A stretch of 64,000 bases of DNA, from positions 1 to 64,000 of IMG/VR virus record IMGVR_UViG_3300025154_000073. One strand, given 5' to 3'. Of this stretch, positions 49,549-59,981 are shown piece after piece. A model generated the notes under the pieces. The model was not told the origin of the DNA. It did no database searches and saw nothing but the letters and a program-made list of their open reading frames with translations. The position numbers were made by a program, and so were the translations under genes. This stretch comes from a virus. The first letter of the stretch is position 1, and each line of letters starts with the position of its first letter.

Positions 49549-51489
49549 ATGCCAACTAATACAGGCAATGTTTCAACGCTAGACATTATCAACGCTCCGC
49601 AACCCACGAGAGAAGCGGGTCAGCGCAGTATGCGGGTATCGGATGCGTACTTTACAAGGATGATTCCAAGGTGGTCACAACCCTCAATTCTTACGCCTGG
49701 TCAATGGCGTGCGTGGGTGGCGAGTCAACCCGTAGCTGTGACCTGTAAAGACACCATGATCTCCAACATTGCCGACCTTGACTGGAAGATAACTCCTCGC
49801 AAGAGCGACATGCGCGATGAACTAAAGGGGACAATAGAGTATTATGAAAAGTTTCTTAGGAACGGCGGGTATTCGGGTTTGGATTGGATTGGATTTCTTG
49901 AATGGTTCATCTCCGACCTAAACGACCTTCCTTTTGGAACAGGATTTGAACTTGGCAGAAAGGGAGATACAGAGAATGGCAGAGTAATGTGGCTCGAACC
50001 CTTAGACGGCGGAACGCTCTACCCCACCAACAATAAAGACACTCCAATCATTCAATACTACAATGGGCATTATGCTTCGTTTCCCAAACACGCCATAGCA
50101 AGAGCCTACATGAGTCCACGTCCTGAAATAGAAAGAAAAGGGTGGGGTGTCGCTCCACCAGAAAAAGTATTCCTAGCTATGGAAATGCTGGCGAGAGGGG
50201 ATAGGTATTATGCCAATCTTCTTCTCGACATCCCGCCCGCTGGAGTCTTTGATCTCGGAGATATTACATGGGAGGATGCGAATACATGGATTGAATCTTT
50301 CAGAACCTTTACACAGGGTGGAACAGCGGAGGGATTCAAGATTCCTGTTCTTGCAGAGCATACAGGGAAAGTACAGTTCATCCCGTTAGGCAAAGCCCCC
50401 AATGACATCATGTATGACAGGATTACCCTAAAATACGCGGCTCTTGTAACCGCAGCATACGGCATGACATTGGGAGACATTGGACTTGCGGGGTCGTCTG
50501 CTTCTGGCGAAACTCTGGCTGGCTCGATTCGTGGCGAACAGAAAACCAACCGAACAGGTAAGGCTAGAAACAAAGGAAAGATTAAGTACTTCATTGAAGG
50601 GATAATTCCATCTGTTTTACAGTTTGATTTTATTGACACGGACGGAGAAAGACTCTCCATGCTCGGACGCGCCAGGCTTGCAAGTGCAACCGCCTTCAAT
50701 ATGAACGTTCAAAATGGAACAATCTCTCCCGAAGAATCAAGACTGCAACAGATTCAAGACGGACTATTTACGATCTCCATGCCAGAGAAGCCGCCGAAAG
50801 ATGCCAAGCCTACTTTGTTAGGCAAAGCCCCAGAACGCCCCGCATCCGTAGGCTCTCCCCAACCCCCCTCTTTAGGTGGAGATGGCGAGATGAAGTCTCT
50901 AGTCGGTCTGACAATTGAAAAAGGACGCTCGTTCAATGCCAGAATTGGCAAGTTAGTAAAACGAATCTGTGAAGACATTGCGCCCATACTCACAGAATCG
51001 TCTCAAAGTGTTAATGCGGATGATCTATATTTACTCCGCTCGGCTGTGGACGATTCCATTTTTGGAGAAGAGGACGTATTCAATATTGCGGAAATCCTCA
51101 AGGCAATTTGGGTACAGGATAATTGGGTCTCGGTCAAAGACGTAGACCTGCCTTTTGAACTAAAGGCTTTGTTCACTCAGAAATATATTTGGGAACTGAC
51201 TGACGAACAGATTGACAAGATTGACTTCGTTCCTTTCGCAGAGGAACTAAAACACCGTGTTTCCTCGGAGATAAAAAACTTCATTGGAAAGTCGGCTGTC
51301 TCGATGTTGAAAGACCAAATCATAAATGACGCATTTGACAATGGCGATGGCACAAGTTACGATAATATAGTGAATGCTATACGAAGTCGCATAGTTGAGA
51401 ACTTTGGCGAATTTTCTTCAACCTGTGTTGGGTTGGAGGCAGAAAAAATACTAGACGAAATAAGGAAAAACATAAATGAAAACAGTTAA
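49549..51489 (+). CDS. Portal protein
   Basis: After TerL; L.PLDGGT, G..P.E, P.GV, A.YG....IG portal-like motifs. Confidence 0.8.
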   Translation: MPTNTGNVSTLDIINAPQPTREAGQRSMRVSDAYFTRMIPRWSQPSILTPGQWRAWVASQPVAVTCKDTMISNIADLDWKITPRKSDMRDELKGTIEYYEKFLRNGGYSGLDWIGFLEWFISDLNDLPFGTGFELGRKGDTENGRVMWLEPLDGGTLYPTNNKDTPIIQYYNGHYASFPKHAIARAYMSPRPEIERKGWGVAPPEKVFLAMEMLARGDRYYANLLLDIPPAGVFDLGDITWEDANTWIESFRTFTQGGTAEGFKIPVLAEHTGKVQFIPLGKAPNDIMYDRITLKYAALVTAAYGMTLGDIGLAGSSASGETLAGSIRGEQKTNRTGKARNKGKIKYFIEGIIPSVLQFDFIDTDGERLSMLGRARLASATAFNMNVQNGTISPEESRLQQIQDGLFTISMPEKPPKDAKPTLLGKAPERPASVGSPQPPSLGGDGEMKSLVGLTIEKGRSFNARIGKLVKRICEDIAPILTESSQSVNADDLYLLRSAVDDSIFGEEDVFNIAEILKAIWVQDNWVSVKDVDLPFELKALFTQKYIWELTDEQIDKIDFVPFAEELKHRVSSEIKNFIGKSAVSMLKDQIINDAFDNGDGTSYDNIVNAIRSRIVENFGEFSSTCVGLEAEKILDEIRKNINENS

Positions 51490-51722
51490 GGTAGATCATG
51501 TAATTTTGACTCTCGCCCTCTCCCCTCATGCTCTTACATTGGGTGGACAGACACGCGAGGACATCAACCAAATGATTAATGCCCGTCTTGCGGAGGGGTA
51601 CGATGAAGTAGAGGTTATCCCGCTTCGCACAAATATGGGCGAACGCGAACAAGCTACACACGTAATCAATCAGTACATCTTTCGCAAGTTCGAGAGACCC
51701 GTAGAATCAGCCAAATCCAAGA

Positions 51723-52058
51723 ATGCTTAACTGGCTCGTCTTTGCGGCAGTCGGAAAGTTGATTATATATTTGTGGATGAAGTTTCCTCTGCCGCAGTCT
51801 ATATTGGATAATACACAAGAAAAGTATATTTACCGATTTATAAAACAATTGCATGAGTGTGAACTATGTTCAGGAGTTTGGATATTTTGCGCCCTCGCCT
51901 TGTTCTTTGGAGTAGACATCTTTCAAGATTTATTTGGCTACATAGGGGCTATCCCGCAAATTGTTGGGAACTTGGTGACTGGAGCGGTAACTTCTTGGTT
52001 GGTGTTCATTTTTAACGCAGGTTGGCGAGAAGTATATCAAGAGGTGATGATAATTTAA
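51723..52058 (+). CDS. Small membrane protein with CxxC..VW motif
   Basis: LHECELCSGVW plus hydrophobic segments. Confidence 0.55.
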   Translation: MLNWLVFAAVGKLIIYLWMKFPLPQSILDNTQEKYIYRFIKQLHECELCSGVWIFCALALFFGVDIFQDLFGYIGAIPQIVGNLVTGAVTSWLVFIFNAGWREVYQEVMII

Positions 52059-53557
52059 TGCCATACGAAATTAAGAAACAGGGCGACCAGTATTGTGTCG
52101 TCAAGGCTGGGGGCGAAACTGTAAAATGCCATGAAAGCAAAGACAAAGCCCTAGATCACATGCGGGCGTTATACGCCAATGTTCACGACTCTGCGATTGC
52201 GGAGTTCTCAATGAGCATCGTCAAAGCAACCTCCAAAGACGGAGAGATGAAATGGCGTTCTGTTAACTCAGACATCGAAGAGGATTTCTTTGGCGAGAGA
52301 ATGTCTTTAGAACTGTTCGCAGACTTTAATAAACACATTGAAAATAAAGACTCTGTTCCAGACGTTTTCAAATCGGTAGTTTGTGAAGAGGATTGGTGCG
52401 GTGGAATGCCGTATGTTTCATTATCTCACTACAAGTCTGGAAAGAACAAAGTCAACGTTCCTGGAGAGGTCTCTAAAGTTTATGTAGACGGCAAAGCCCT
52501 AAAATCCACAGGAACGCTTTACGATACCCCTCTTGGCAAGGCGGTCTACAAGTCTCTTGAAAAAGATTTAGTAGAGAAATCAGATACCCCCGTTAGAATC
52601 TCAATAGGATTCCTTGACCTAGAACATTCGCACGGAGACAAGTTTACCTTCATGCGCAAGGGACTGACTGATAAGTGCCCTTTGTGTAAAGAGGGGATTG
52701 GGGATAAAATTTATAAGAAAGGACATCTCGTTCATTTGGCTCTCACCAGAGTCCCCGCAAACCCCAGAACAGAGATGGAGTTGGAGACAAAATCTATGAC
52801 TACAAAACTCGAAGATGCAAAGTCTGTGGTTGAGGACGAAGAAGTGTTGAAAGGTCTTGAATTAAAGTCCCAGACCGAGAACGATGTCCTTGTCATCAAG
52901 ACGGAAGATGCTGACGCAGACGAAAAAGATTGTCCAGAAGGCGATGAAGAGTGCATGAAAAAGCACAAAAAGGACATGAAGAAGGACATGAAGAAAGAAA
53001 TGTCCACCACAACGTCTGATGCAGAAACCACCGTGTTTTCTCCCGCCAAATCAGAGGTTGAATTAAGCGTAAAAATCAACACAGAAGTTGCGGAAAACAC
53101 ACCTGTTGAGAAGGCTCTTTCCGCTCTTAGAAACAGGATTGACGCTCTCAAATCGCAAGGACTGACCGGCGACTCTGCCCTTGCTGAAATTCAGAAGAAC
53201 TTTGATGAACTTGGGACTGTGGTAAAGTCTGAATTTATAGTTCCTCCCTCACCCGAAGAAGTCGCCAAAAAAGAAATGTCGGAAATCGTTCGATCTGCTA
53301 TACAAGAAGCGTTACCTCAGGCGCTTATTCAAGTTGCTCCAATTCAAGCCAAACTTGAAGAAGTTCAACACGAAATGGCAGAGTTAAGGGCGTTAGTTAC
53401 AAACAAATCCGTAACAATCAAAAGAGAAGAAGTTCCTCAACCCCGCAGTCTAAATGTAAACCTAGTGCAAAAAGCGGCAATTGAAACTCTCATCGCCAAA
53501 ACTAAACCAAAAGACCAGTTTCAAGCCATAGCCGATCAGAGCATGGGTATTCAATAG
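52058..53557 (+). CDS. Prohead protease/scaffold protein
   Basis: Between portal and MCP; ISIGF, LALT..PAN..T; C-terminal coiled coil. Confidence 0.7.
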   Translation: MPYEIKKQGDQYCVVKAGGETVKCHESKDKALDHMRALYANVHDSAIAEFSMSIVKATSKDGEMKWRSVNSDIEEDFFGERMSLELFADFNKHIENKDSVPDVFKSVVCEEDWCGGMPYVSLSHYKSGKNKVNVPGEVSKVYVDGKALKSTGTLYDTPLGKAVYKSLEKDLVEKSDTPVRISIGFLDLEHSHGDKFTFMRKGLTDKCPLCKEGIGDKIYKKGHLVHLALTRVPANPRTEMELETKSMTTKLEDAKSVVEDEEVLKGLELKSQTENDVLVIKTEDADADEKDCPEGDEECMKKHKKDMKKDMKKEMSTTTSDAETTVFSPAKSEVELSVKINTEVAENTPVEKALSALRNRIDALKSQGLTGDSALAEIQKNFDELGTVVKSEFIVPPSPEEVAKKEMSEIVRSAIQEALPQALIQVAPIQAKLEEVQHEMAELRALVTNKSVTIKREEVPQPRSLNVNLVQKAAIETLIAKTKPKDQFQAIADQSMGIQ

Positions 53558-53614
53558 ACTCACCCGCAGGTTAAGCCGTAAGGCGTCTCGGCATATTCCT
53601 TTTAGGAGGACATT

Positions 53615-54793
53615 ATGTCCGATGTAATTTTGAACGTCGGTGAAGATGCCGCAACTCAGCCCGCTTTTACAGAGGCTATGGTTCAGCGTGCCGCAGACCC
53701 GTTAGCGCATAACGTAGTTCTGCCTGCTGATTTTGCCGCACAATATCCGACCCCGCTCGACACCACAGAAATTCTCGCCATGTGCGAGGAAATCAATCTG
53801 TATCTCAATATCCCCGAATTAATGACGGGCTTGAAGCAAGAGACCTACCGCGAGATGACCTCGCTCGGTTTCAACTCAGGCTCAAGTTATATCTCCTTCG
53901 CGGACTATGTTTGTCCCGAAGAGTACACCCACGATGGCGAGAACGTCACTGTTGATTTGAAGAATATCGGCGCGAAGAAATCCCTCGGCATTTCCGACAT
54001 CATGCACTCACAGGCTGTCGCCGCCGCTGGATGGAATGGCATTAATACCCTCGTTGGTGCTTCGCCCGCATTCTCAGGACTCCCGGGCACTTCCGACATT
54101 GGTACTTTCCAACGCCAGCACATTGCTGATGTGAAAGCCAAAGAAATGCGCTTTATGGCGACCCTCGTCCTCAATCAGTGGGATAGACTCCTCGCCGTAG
54201 GCAACGCCAGCAATAACGCTCTCGAATTCAGCGGTATTGAAACTTTAGTCACCGCCGTAAATGGCGCACATGTTCAGTCCACCGCCGACATCGCAGCTTC
54301 CGGCACGTTCTCGGCAACAGGCTTTGACCGCTTCCTGAGCGAGTCCTGCGCCGCACCCACCAAGATTTTCGGGCATCCCCAAGCTATTCAGGAAATGATG
54401 AGCGCATACTTCCAGTTGTGGGGAGCAGGCGTGCAGTCGGTTAGTTCTCAGAAGGGAAGTCGATTGACTCCTGGTTATAACTTCTCAGGCGAAGTCATCA
54501 CCGGCATCGGAACTCTCGGTGTTGTGGCAGATGCTAACTTCACCCGCACAACCAACGGAACAGGCTTTGTTTCCAACCTATACCCGCTCCGCATGGTGCA
54601 TAACGGCGAACCGCTGGTTTATCGCCGGACTCAGATTCCTCTCGCAGTCAAAGATTTAGCTCCAGGCTGCACATTTATACAATTTATGGAATTTGCGAAA
54701 ACAGCTTTAATAATCAAGTACCGCTGCTCTCAAAGCAAGTTCCAGGCTACTTTTGTGGGCCGCGTGACCACATCATGTCCAACTATTTATTGA
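53615..54793 (+). CDS. Major capsid protein
   Basis: 392 aa, strong AGGAGG RBS, biased codons, EF.GI motif, followed by a terminator. Confidence 0.8.
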   Translation: MSDVILNVGEDAATQPAFTEAMVQRAADPLAHNVVLPADFAAQYPTPLDTTEILAMCEEINLYLNIPELMTGLKQETYREMTSLGFNSGSSYISFADYVCPEEYTHDGENVTVDLKNIGAKKSLGISDIMHSQAVAAAGWNGINTLVGASPAFSGLPGTSDIGTFQRQHIADVKAKEMRFMATLVLNQWDRLLAVGNASNNALEFSGIETLVTAVNGAHVQSTADIAASGTFSATGFDRFLSESCAAPTKIFGHPQAIQEMMSAYFQLWGAGVQSVSSQKGSRLTPGYNFSGEVITGIGTLGVVADANFTRTTNGTGFVSNLYPLRMVHNGEPLVYRRTQIPLAVKDLAPGCTFIQFMEFAKTALIIKYRCSQSKFQATFVGRVTTSCPTIY

Positions 54794-54814
54794 GCCTAAA
54801 ACAAGAATAAAAAT

Positions 54815-54847
54815 AAACACCCTTCATAAAGAGGGGTGTTTTTTATT
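54815..54847 (+). terminator. Rho-independent terminator after MCP
   Basis: AAACACCCTTC-ATAAA-GAGGGGTGTTT plus T tract. Confidence 0.75.
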
Positions 54848-54893
54848 AGAGTTTTATAATTGTTTATGATATGGGGTAAAATTATGGTAGAAT

Positions 54894-55664
54894 ATGTGTA
54901 TGAGAAAAACTTCTGGAATCTACTACTATCGAAACAAGATAAATGGAAAAAGATATATTGGTCAAGCCCACAATATTGAAAGGCGATTGCGCGAACACAA
55001 CTATTATCTTATAAAAGGAACAGATAAATGCGCCGCCCTACAAAGAGCAGTCAATAAATACGGAATAGAAAATTTTGAAGTCGGTATACTTGAGGCTTGC
55101 GAACCCGATAAAATGAACGATAGAGAAATCTATTGGATTGACCTGTATAAATCATCCAGCAGGGATGGATATAATATTTCAAATGGCGGAGAAAGCGGGT
55201 TATTTGGATACAAGAGACCGCCAGAGTTCGGGAAAAAGGTTTCTGCCTCCAAAAAGGCGATGCACTTGAAGATGACAGACGAACAAAAGAAGAAAATATC
55301 AGAACTTCATAAAGGAAAGCCAAAGTCAGAAGAAACTAGGCGGAAGATGTCCGAGAATCATTCTAGGTATATGCTCGGAAGAAAACACTCGGAGGAAACA
55401 CTTGCAAAACTTCGCGTTGCTCATGGTGGAAAAAACGCATACCAGTTAGGGAAGAAGTCCCCCAATGCAGCATCTAAATATTTCGGGGTTAATAAACTCT
55501 TGCAAAAAGGTCATACATATTGGGCAGCAAACGTAAAGGCTTTCGGAAAAAGAACTTATGTTGGCATGTCCAAAATCGAAGAAGAAGCCGCCCGTCTCTA
55601 TGATGCCTATGTCACAGAAAACAATCTACCCAACCCGCTAAATTTTCCAGAGGAGATGAAATGA
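54894..55664 (+). CDS. GIY-YIG homing endonuclease (NUMOD3 + AP2-like)
   Basis: SGIY...N..NGKRYIGQ, GYNI..GG, SEETR.KMS, SKYFGV...AARLYD. Confidence 0.85.
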   Translation: MCMRKTSGIYYYRNKINGKRYIGQAHNIERRLREHNYYLIKGTDKCAALQRAVNKYGIENFEVGILEACEPDKMNDREIYWIDLYKSSSRDGYNISNGGESGLFGYKRPPEFGKKVSASKKAMHLKMTDEQKKKISELHKGKPKSEETRRKMSENHSRYMLGRKHSEETLAKLRVAHGGKNAYQLGKKSPNAASKYFGVNKLLQKGHTYWAANVKAFGKRTYVGMSKIEEEAARLYDAYVTENNLPNPLNFPEEMK

Positions 55665-56232
55665 ACAATCATTGGGATTTGTATCAAGGTTATTGCTCTG
55701 TGTGCAGAACTTTTGATGATTACAGCGCATTTACAATATACAGCATTCCGTGTTACTGTAAAACTTTTCCAGAAGAACACAGGGTAATGAGGAGAATTTG
55801 CCACAAATGCAGAATAGAATTGATGAAGATAGCCGAGAAAACCTCATTCACATGGGATTTTCGTGAACACTACCGACTTTTGTCCATTGCCGCATCTCCC
55901 CCATCTCTTCGTCAAGATTTCGCAAAGTCTGTGAAAGGCGTAAAATGAATAATGTCCTAGATTTAACTCAGGAATTCAATCAATTATTTATCGCATCTGT
56001 CATTTGTGTGCTGTGCGAACAAGAATCAATCGAGATTGACCTACAAGATATTGAAAAGTATTGGCAGGGCGAAGTTTCAAGACTTCAATACGACATGAAG
56101 GTGGACATACAGGGCAAGAGCGGAACAATCACGTTCAGCCTGAAACCGTAACTCTCTAATCCCTGTCTAATCTATGTGTGATACCATGAAGGAAAATATT
56201 CAATAGTAGAAAAAAATGAAGGAGCGTTACGG

Positions 56233-57030
56233 ATGGCTATCCCACTAGATATTACTGAACAAAACCCAGCACTGGGAGAATGGTGTATTTTATCAGGTTA
56301 CAGAGGATCAATTTCGCATGGGTGTTATATTCCATCATCCGACCCCAACTCAATTGACGATAAAGATGTAATGGGTGTTTGCGTCCCCCCAATTGATTTC
56401 TATTTTGGCATTCATTCCGCATTTCCTGCAAACGAAATGTTTCCGTCCAACGGAACAAAGGAAATCAAAAAGGACGAATGGGATATAGTTGTTTACGATG
56501 CAAAGAAATTCATTGGTTTATTGGCACAGGGCAATCCAAATGTTCTAGCACTTCTTTGGCTTGAAAGTAATTATTACCTAAAGGTCACAGAACCAGGGCG
56601 TTTACTTATTGAAAACAGAAATCTATTCGTGGGTCGTCATGTCTACAAATCGTTTACTGGCTATGCTTACAGTCAGCTTCACCGAATGACACATGGAGGA
56701 ACATACAATGGTCACGCCTCTGCAAAACGAAAAGAACTTGTCGAGAAGTATGGCTATGACTGCAAGAACGCCGCCCACCTTATTCGATTACTGAGAATGG
56801 GAATTGAGTTTTTGAAGGATGGAGAGTTATCTGTTTTACGCGAAGATGCGAGTCAGTTACTTGAAATAAAACGCGGAGAGTGGACACTTGAACAAGTACA
56901 GACAGAAGCAGAACATGGTTTCAAATTGTCGGAGCAGGCGTATCTAAATTCAAGCCTTCCGAAATCTCCCGACTTGAAGGCGATCAACAAACTTGCGGTA
57001 GATGTAATTCGTATGTCTTTGCAGATATGA
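56233..57030 (+). CDS. Pol-beta-superfamily nucleotidyltransferase (RlaP/YcgL-like)
   Basis: GS.SHG...DDKD.MGV, GNPNVL..LW, YD.K.A.HL.RLL, LL.IK.GE. Confidence 0.8.
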   Translation: MAIPLDITEQNPALGEWCILSGYRGSISHGCYIPSSDPNSIDDKDVMGVCVPPIDFYFGIHSAFPANEMFPSNGTKEIKKDEWDIVVYDAKKFIGLLAQGNPNVLALLWLESNYYLKVTEPGRLLIENRNLFVGRHVYKSFTGYAYSQLHRMTHGGTYNGHASAKRKELVEKYGYDCKNAAHLIRLLRMGIEFLKDGELSVLREDASQLLEIKRGEWTLEQVQTEAEHGFKLSEQAYLNSSLPKSPDLKAINKLAVDVIRMSLQI

Positions 57031-57043
57031 TATACTTTCAAGC

Positions 57044-57155
57044 GAACGGTCATTGAGGGCGTCCCACCACTAAGATGTAAGGCGCGGCAGTCCTAGCGGC
57101 GCTAGGCAGGTGAAACATCCAGAACCAGCGCACAGACGAGCGACCTGAGCCGTTC
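57044..57155 (+). ncRNA. About 110-nt structured RNA candidate
   Basis: Closing stem GAACGG.TCA/TGA.CCGTTC, internal CCTAGC/GCTAGG and GATGT/ACATC; TGnTATACT just upstream. Confidence 0.5.
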
Positions 57156-57847
57156 CAATATTTGTGGTAGAATATGGATGTTCATCTTATTCTCCTCCGC
57201 CCAACTCCTCTGAAAAGGGGAGTTGTGGTTTTAATGGGGACTGATAGAATTAGGGGAAGGAAACAAAAAAATGGAAACAATTGAGAAAACTTATTACGAA
57301 TACAAGACACAATCTTTAGACGAATTCGCCGTTGCCCTTTCTCTTGGAGCAGAAGTGTTGTGGGTGGACAAGACCACAGACTCCAGATTTTACACGTTCG
57401 GACTCAAGGCAGAGTTTGACATGGAGAAAACAATGCTGGCTCTCGCGTCCAGAACACTTACGGTAAATGCGTATGGCCTCTGCGACGCTCTCAGACGTGC
57501 AAAATCAATAGTCCACAGAAGAGAGCCACTAATCTTGACGTAATTTCAGTTAGGATTTACACTATGCGCATGGTTAAGCGTGATGGGCAAGTAGCCCTGC
57601 AACAAAACTCTTCTAATAATATCCCAAGACAAGTAGAAGTTGATGGTGTTACATACACACCCGCGCTGAGATATAACGTAATCCTAGTATGGGTATTAGA
57701 AGAACACGCGGAGAAGATAATAAATTCCCCAAAGAATAAAGAAAAGAGTTGTAACTGTAACGGCGGAACATTTCGTCCGCAGTTTTTTTATGCTAGTCAG
57801 ATCAACGTCAACATTTTCGAGACTGGCAATAGATAATAGGAGTAAAC

Positions 57848-58195
57848 ATGCAAGCATTTGTACAACTTCCCCCCGAAATTCAGAATCTAATCTTGGTTGG
57901 CGCAACCCTGTTGGTTGGGTTTGTATTCGCCAAAGCCGCAGAATATCTTCCACTTGAAAAGCTGAGTAAATATTTCCCAAAACTTTCGGAGTGGATTAAA
58001 CAGAACTCAGCCGTAGTCAGCGTTTCAATTGCTGGAGTTGTGGTTCAACTTTTGCAAGGATACTTGAATCAAATCCCCGCAATTTGGGAAAATGTAGTAA
58101 CCATCGCCTTTCAACTTTTAGTTACTATTCTCGCAACCTTGAAGGTGTTTGACGTTGCCAAGAATCGAAAGGTGAAGTACTTCCGCACCCTGTAA
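57848..58195 (+). CDS. Three-TM membrane protein (holin-like)
   Basis: Hydrophobic segments, basic C-terminus. Confidence 0.45.
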   Translation: MQAFVQLPPEIQNLILVGATLLVGFVFAKAAEYLPLEKLSKYFPKLSEWIKQNSAVVSVSIAGVVVQLLQGYLNQIPAIWENVVTIAFQLLVTILATLKVFDVAKNRKVKYFRTL

Positions 58196-58534
58196 GTAAA
58201 CACGGTGTATTCTAAAGAGAAGAGAAAATATGAAAATGCACATATTGGCGCACCTAGCTCCCCGGTCAAATAGGATTGATTTACTAATCAAGCAAATAGA
58301 TGGAAATACGCTTGCCATTGGGAGAGGCGTTCTTTTTGAGGTTGTTCCAGAGGGTCAAGAAATAGAGCCAACTCTTAGTCTGCCCATTGAGTCGGCTCAA
58401 GAGTTAATGGATAGCCTTTGGCAATGCGGTTTACGCCCGTCCGAAGGCTCTGGTAGTGCTGGCGCGTTGAGGGCAACACAAAACCACCTGGAAGATATGC
58501 GAAAAATAGTATTCAAGATGATTGAAGAGAAAAT

Positions 58535-59329
58535 ATGAAATTTTACGTTATCGGATATAAAGGTTATATAGGCAGAGAACTTATGAGAAGAGGCTTTCTG
58601 GCTTTGGACTGTGATGTGAGAGACAGAGCATCTGTTCAAAGGGCGGCGAAATACTCCAAGCCCGATCTTGTAATTCACCTTGCAGGACATTCATCTGTAA
58701 ACTTCTGCGAGGAGAAAAAGAACGAAAGAGAGGTCACGGACGTAAATGTGATGGGGGCTGGCAATGTATTTAGAGTTATGTCAGACTCAAGGATTCCGTG
58801 CGTCTTTATATCATCAGACCACATTTTTCATGGGGGGGTATTTGAGACACATAAGGAAGATTCCAAACTTACCCGACCAGTCAATTTCTACGGACTTTGT
58901 AAATTAGCAGCCGAGCAGTCCGCACAAATTTTTGACGCAAACATCATACGGACTTCGTACATTTTTGACTCCACCCGTCTTTATGACGACATATTGGATA
59001 TGGATTTAAGGAAATATCCGACATTTATAAAAAGGTCTTTCCTGCATCTGTATGATTTCTGCGATATGTTGAAAAAATACTGCGATAATTTTTACACAAT
59101 GCCGAAAGTGCTACACTTATCTGGAAGTATGGTGGTTTCGTGGCATACATTCGCTAAAGAAATTGCAAGACAATATGGCTATAAATCCCCCAAACCCAGG
59201 TTCTTTGACAACAAGAATTTCCCTCCGCGCCCTCATAATGGGGGGCTGGATGTAAGTCTTTCCCATTCTTTAGGCTTCCCAGGCGTGAACTACGTAAGCG
59301 GAATTGAGAGGATGAAACATGAAGGTTAG
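58535..59329 (+). CDS. RmlD-like NDP-sugar reductase (SDR)
   Basis: G..GYIG, HLAG, ISSD.IF, P.NFYG..KLA.E. Confidence 0.8.
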   Translation: MKFYVIGYKGYIGRELMRRGFLALDCDVRDRASVQRAAKYSKPDLVIHLAGHSSVNFCEEKKNEREVTDVNVMGAGNVFRVMSDSRIPCVFISSDHIFHGGVFETHKEDSKLTRPVNFYGLCKLAAEQSAQIFDANIIRTSYIFDSTRLYDDILDMDLRKYPTFIKRSFLHLYDFCDMLKKYCDNFYTMPKVLHLSGSMVVSWHTFAKEIARQYGYKSPKPRFFDNKNFPPRPHNGGLDVSLSHSLGFPGVNYVSGIERMKHEG

Positions 59330-59981
59330 TTTTGTAATACCAAGCTGGAATCACTTTGAGTTGGTCAATCAGCTTCTTGTAGATATTCGAGATAACTGCA
59401 CTCCCGATGAAATCATTGTGGTAGACGACTGCTCCACAGACCAGAAAGCCATAGATGGGCTAGATTGGTGGCGAGACAATTATGGCGTAACGGTTCTCAA
59501 AACTCCTGAAAATCAAGGGTTTCTTAGAACGTCCAACTTTGGCATGAAACAAGCCAGTGGAGATATTATCTGTCTGATCTCCACTGACGTGAGAATTTAT
59601 AAAGACATCGCTCTTATAGCTAAAGGAGCGCAACAGATTGAAGGAAAGATATTGTTGGGTGGAAAATATTACAACGAGAGTACGGGGTGGAACTATTTTG
59701 GTGGACGCATTTTCCCTTACATCGAGGGTTGGTTGCTGATTGCCAAAAAAGAACATTGGGAAGAATTAGGATATTTTGACGAGCGTTACGCCCCGAACGA
59801 TTTTGAAGATGTGTGTCTTTCTACAACGGCAATTTCTAAAGGATTTAGCTTGGCTCGAATAACCCCAGACGCGGGGACGGTAGTTGAACATATTGGAGCG
59901 CAGTCAATTGGGTATACAGAAGAAAGACGCGCCCTGACCGAAAGAAACAGGGTGAAGTTTGCGGAGAAGTGGATAAAATGA
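59319..59981 (+). CDS. GT2 glycosyltransferase
   Basis: VSFVIP.WN, IIVVDD.STD, N.GF....N.G, FED. Confidence 0.85.
   Translation: MKVSFVIPSWNHFELVNQLLVDIRDNCTPDEIIVVDDCSTDQKAIDGLDWWRDNYGVTVLKTPENQGFLRTSNFGMKQASGDIICLISTDVRIYKDIALIAKGAQQIEGKILLGGKYYNESTGWNYFGGRIFPYIEGWLLIAKKEHWEELGYFDERYAPNDFEDVCLSTTAISKGFSLARITPDAGTVVEHIGAQSIGYTEERRALTERNRVKFAEKWIK

Noticed and set aside
55349-55367. GTCCGAGAAT..TTCTAG similarity to sequence after the distal CRISPR repeat
   Set aside because: Short gapped match, expected by chance; not a credible protospacer
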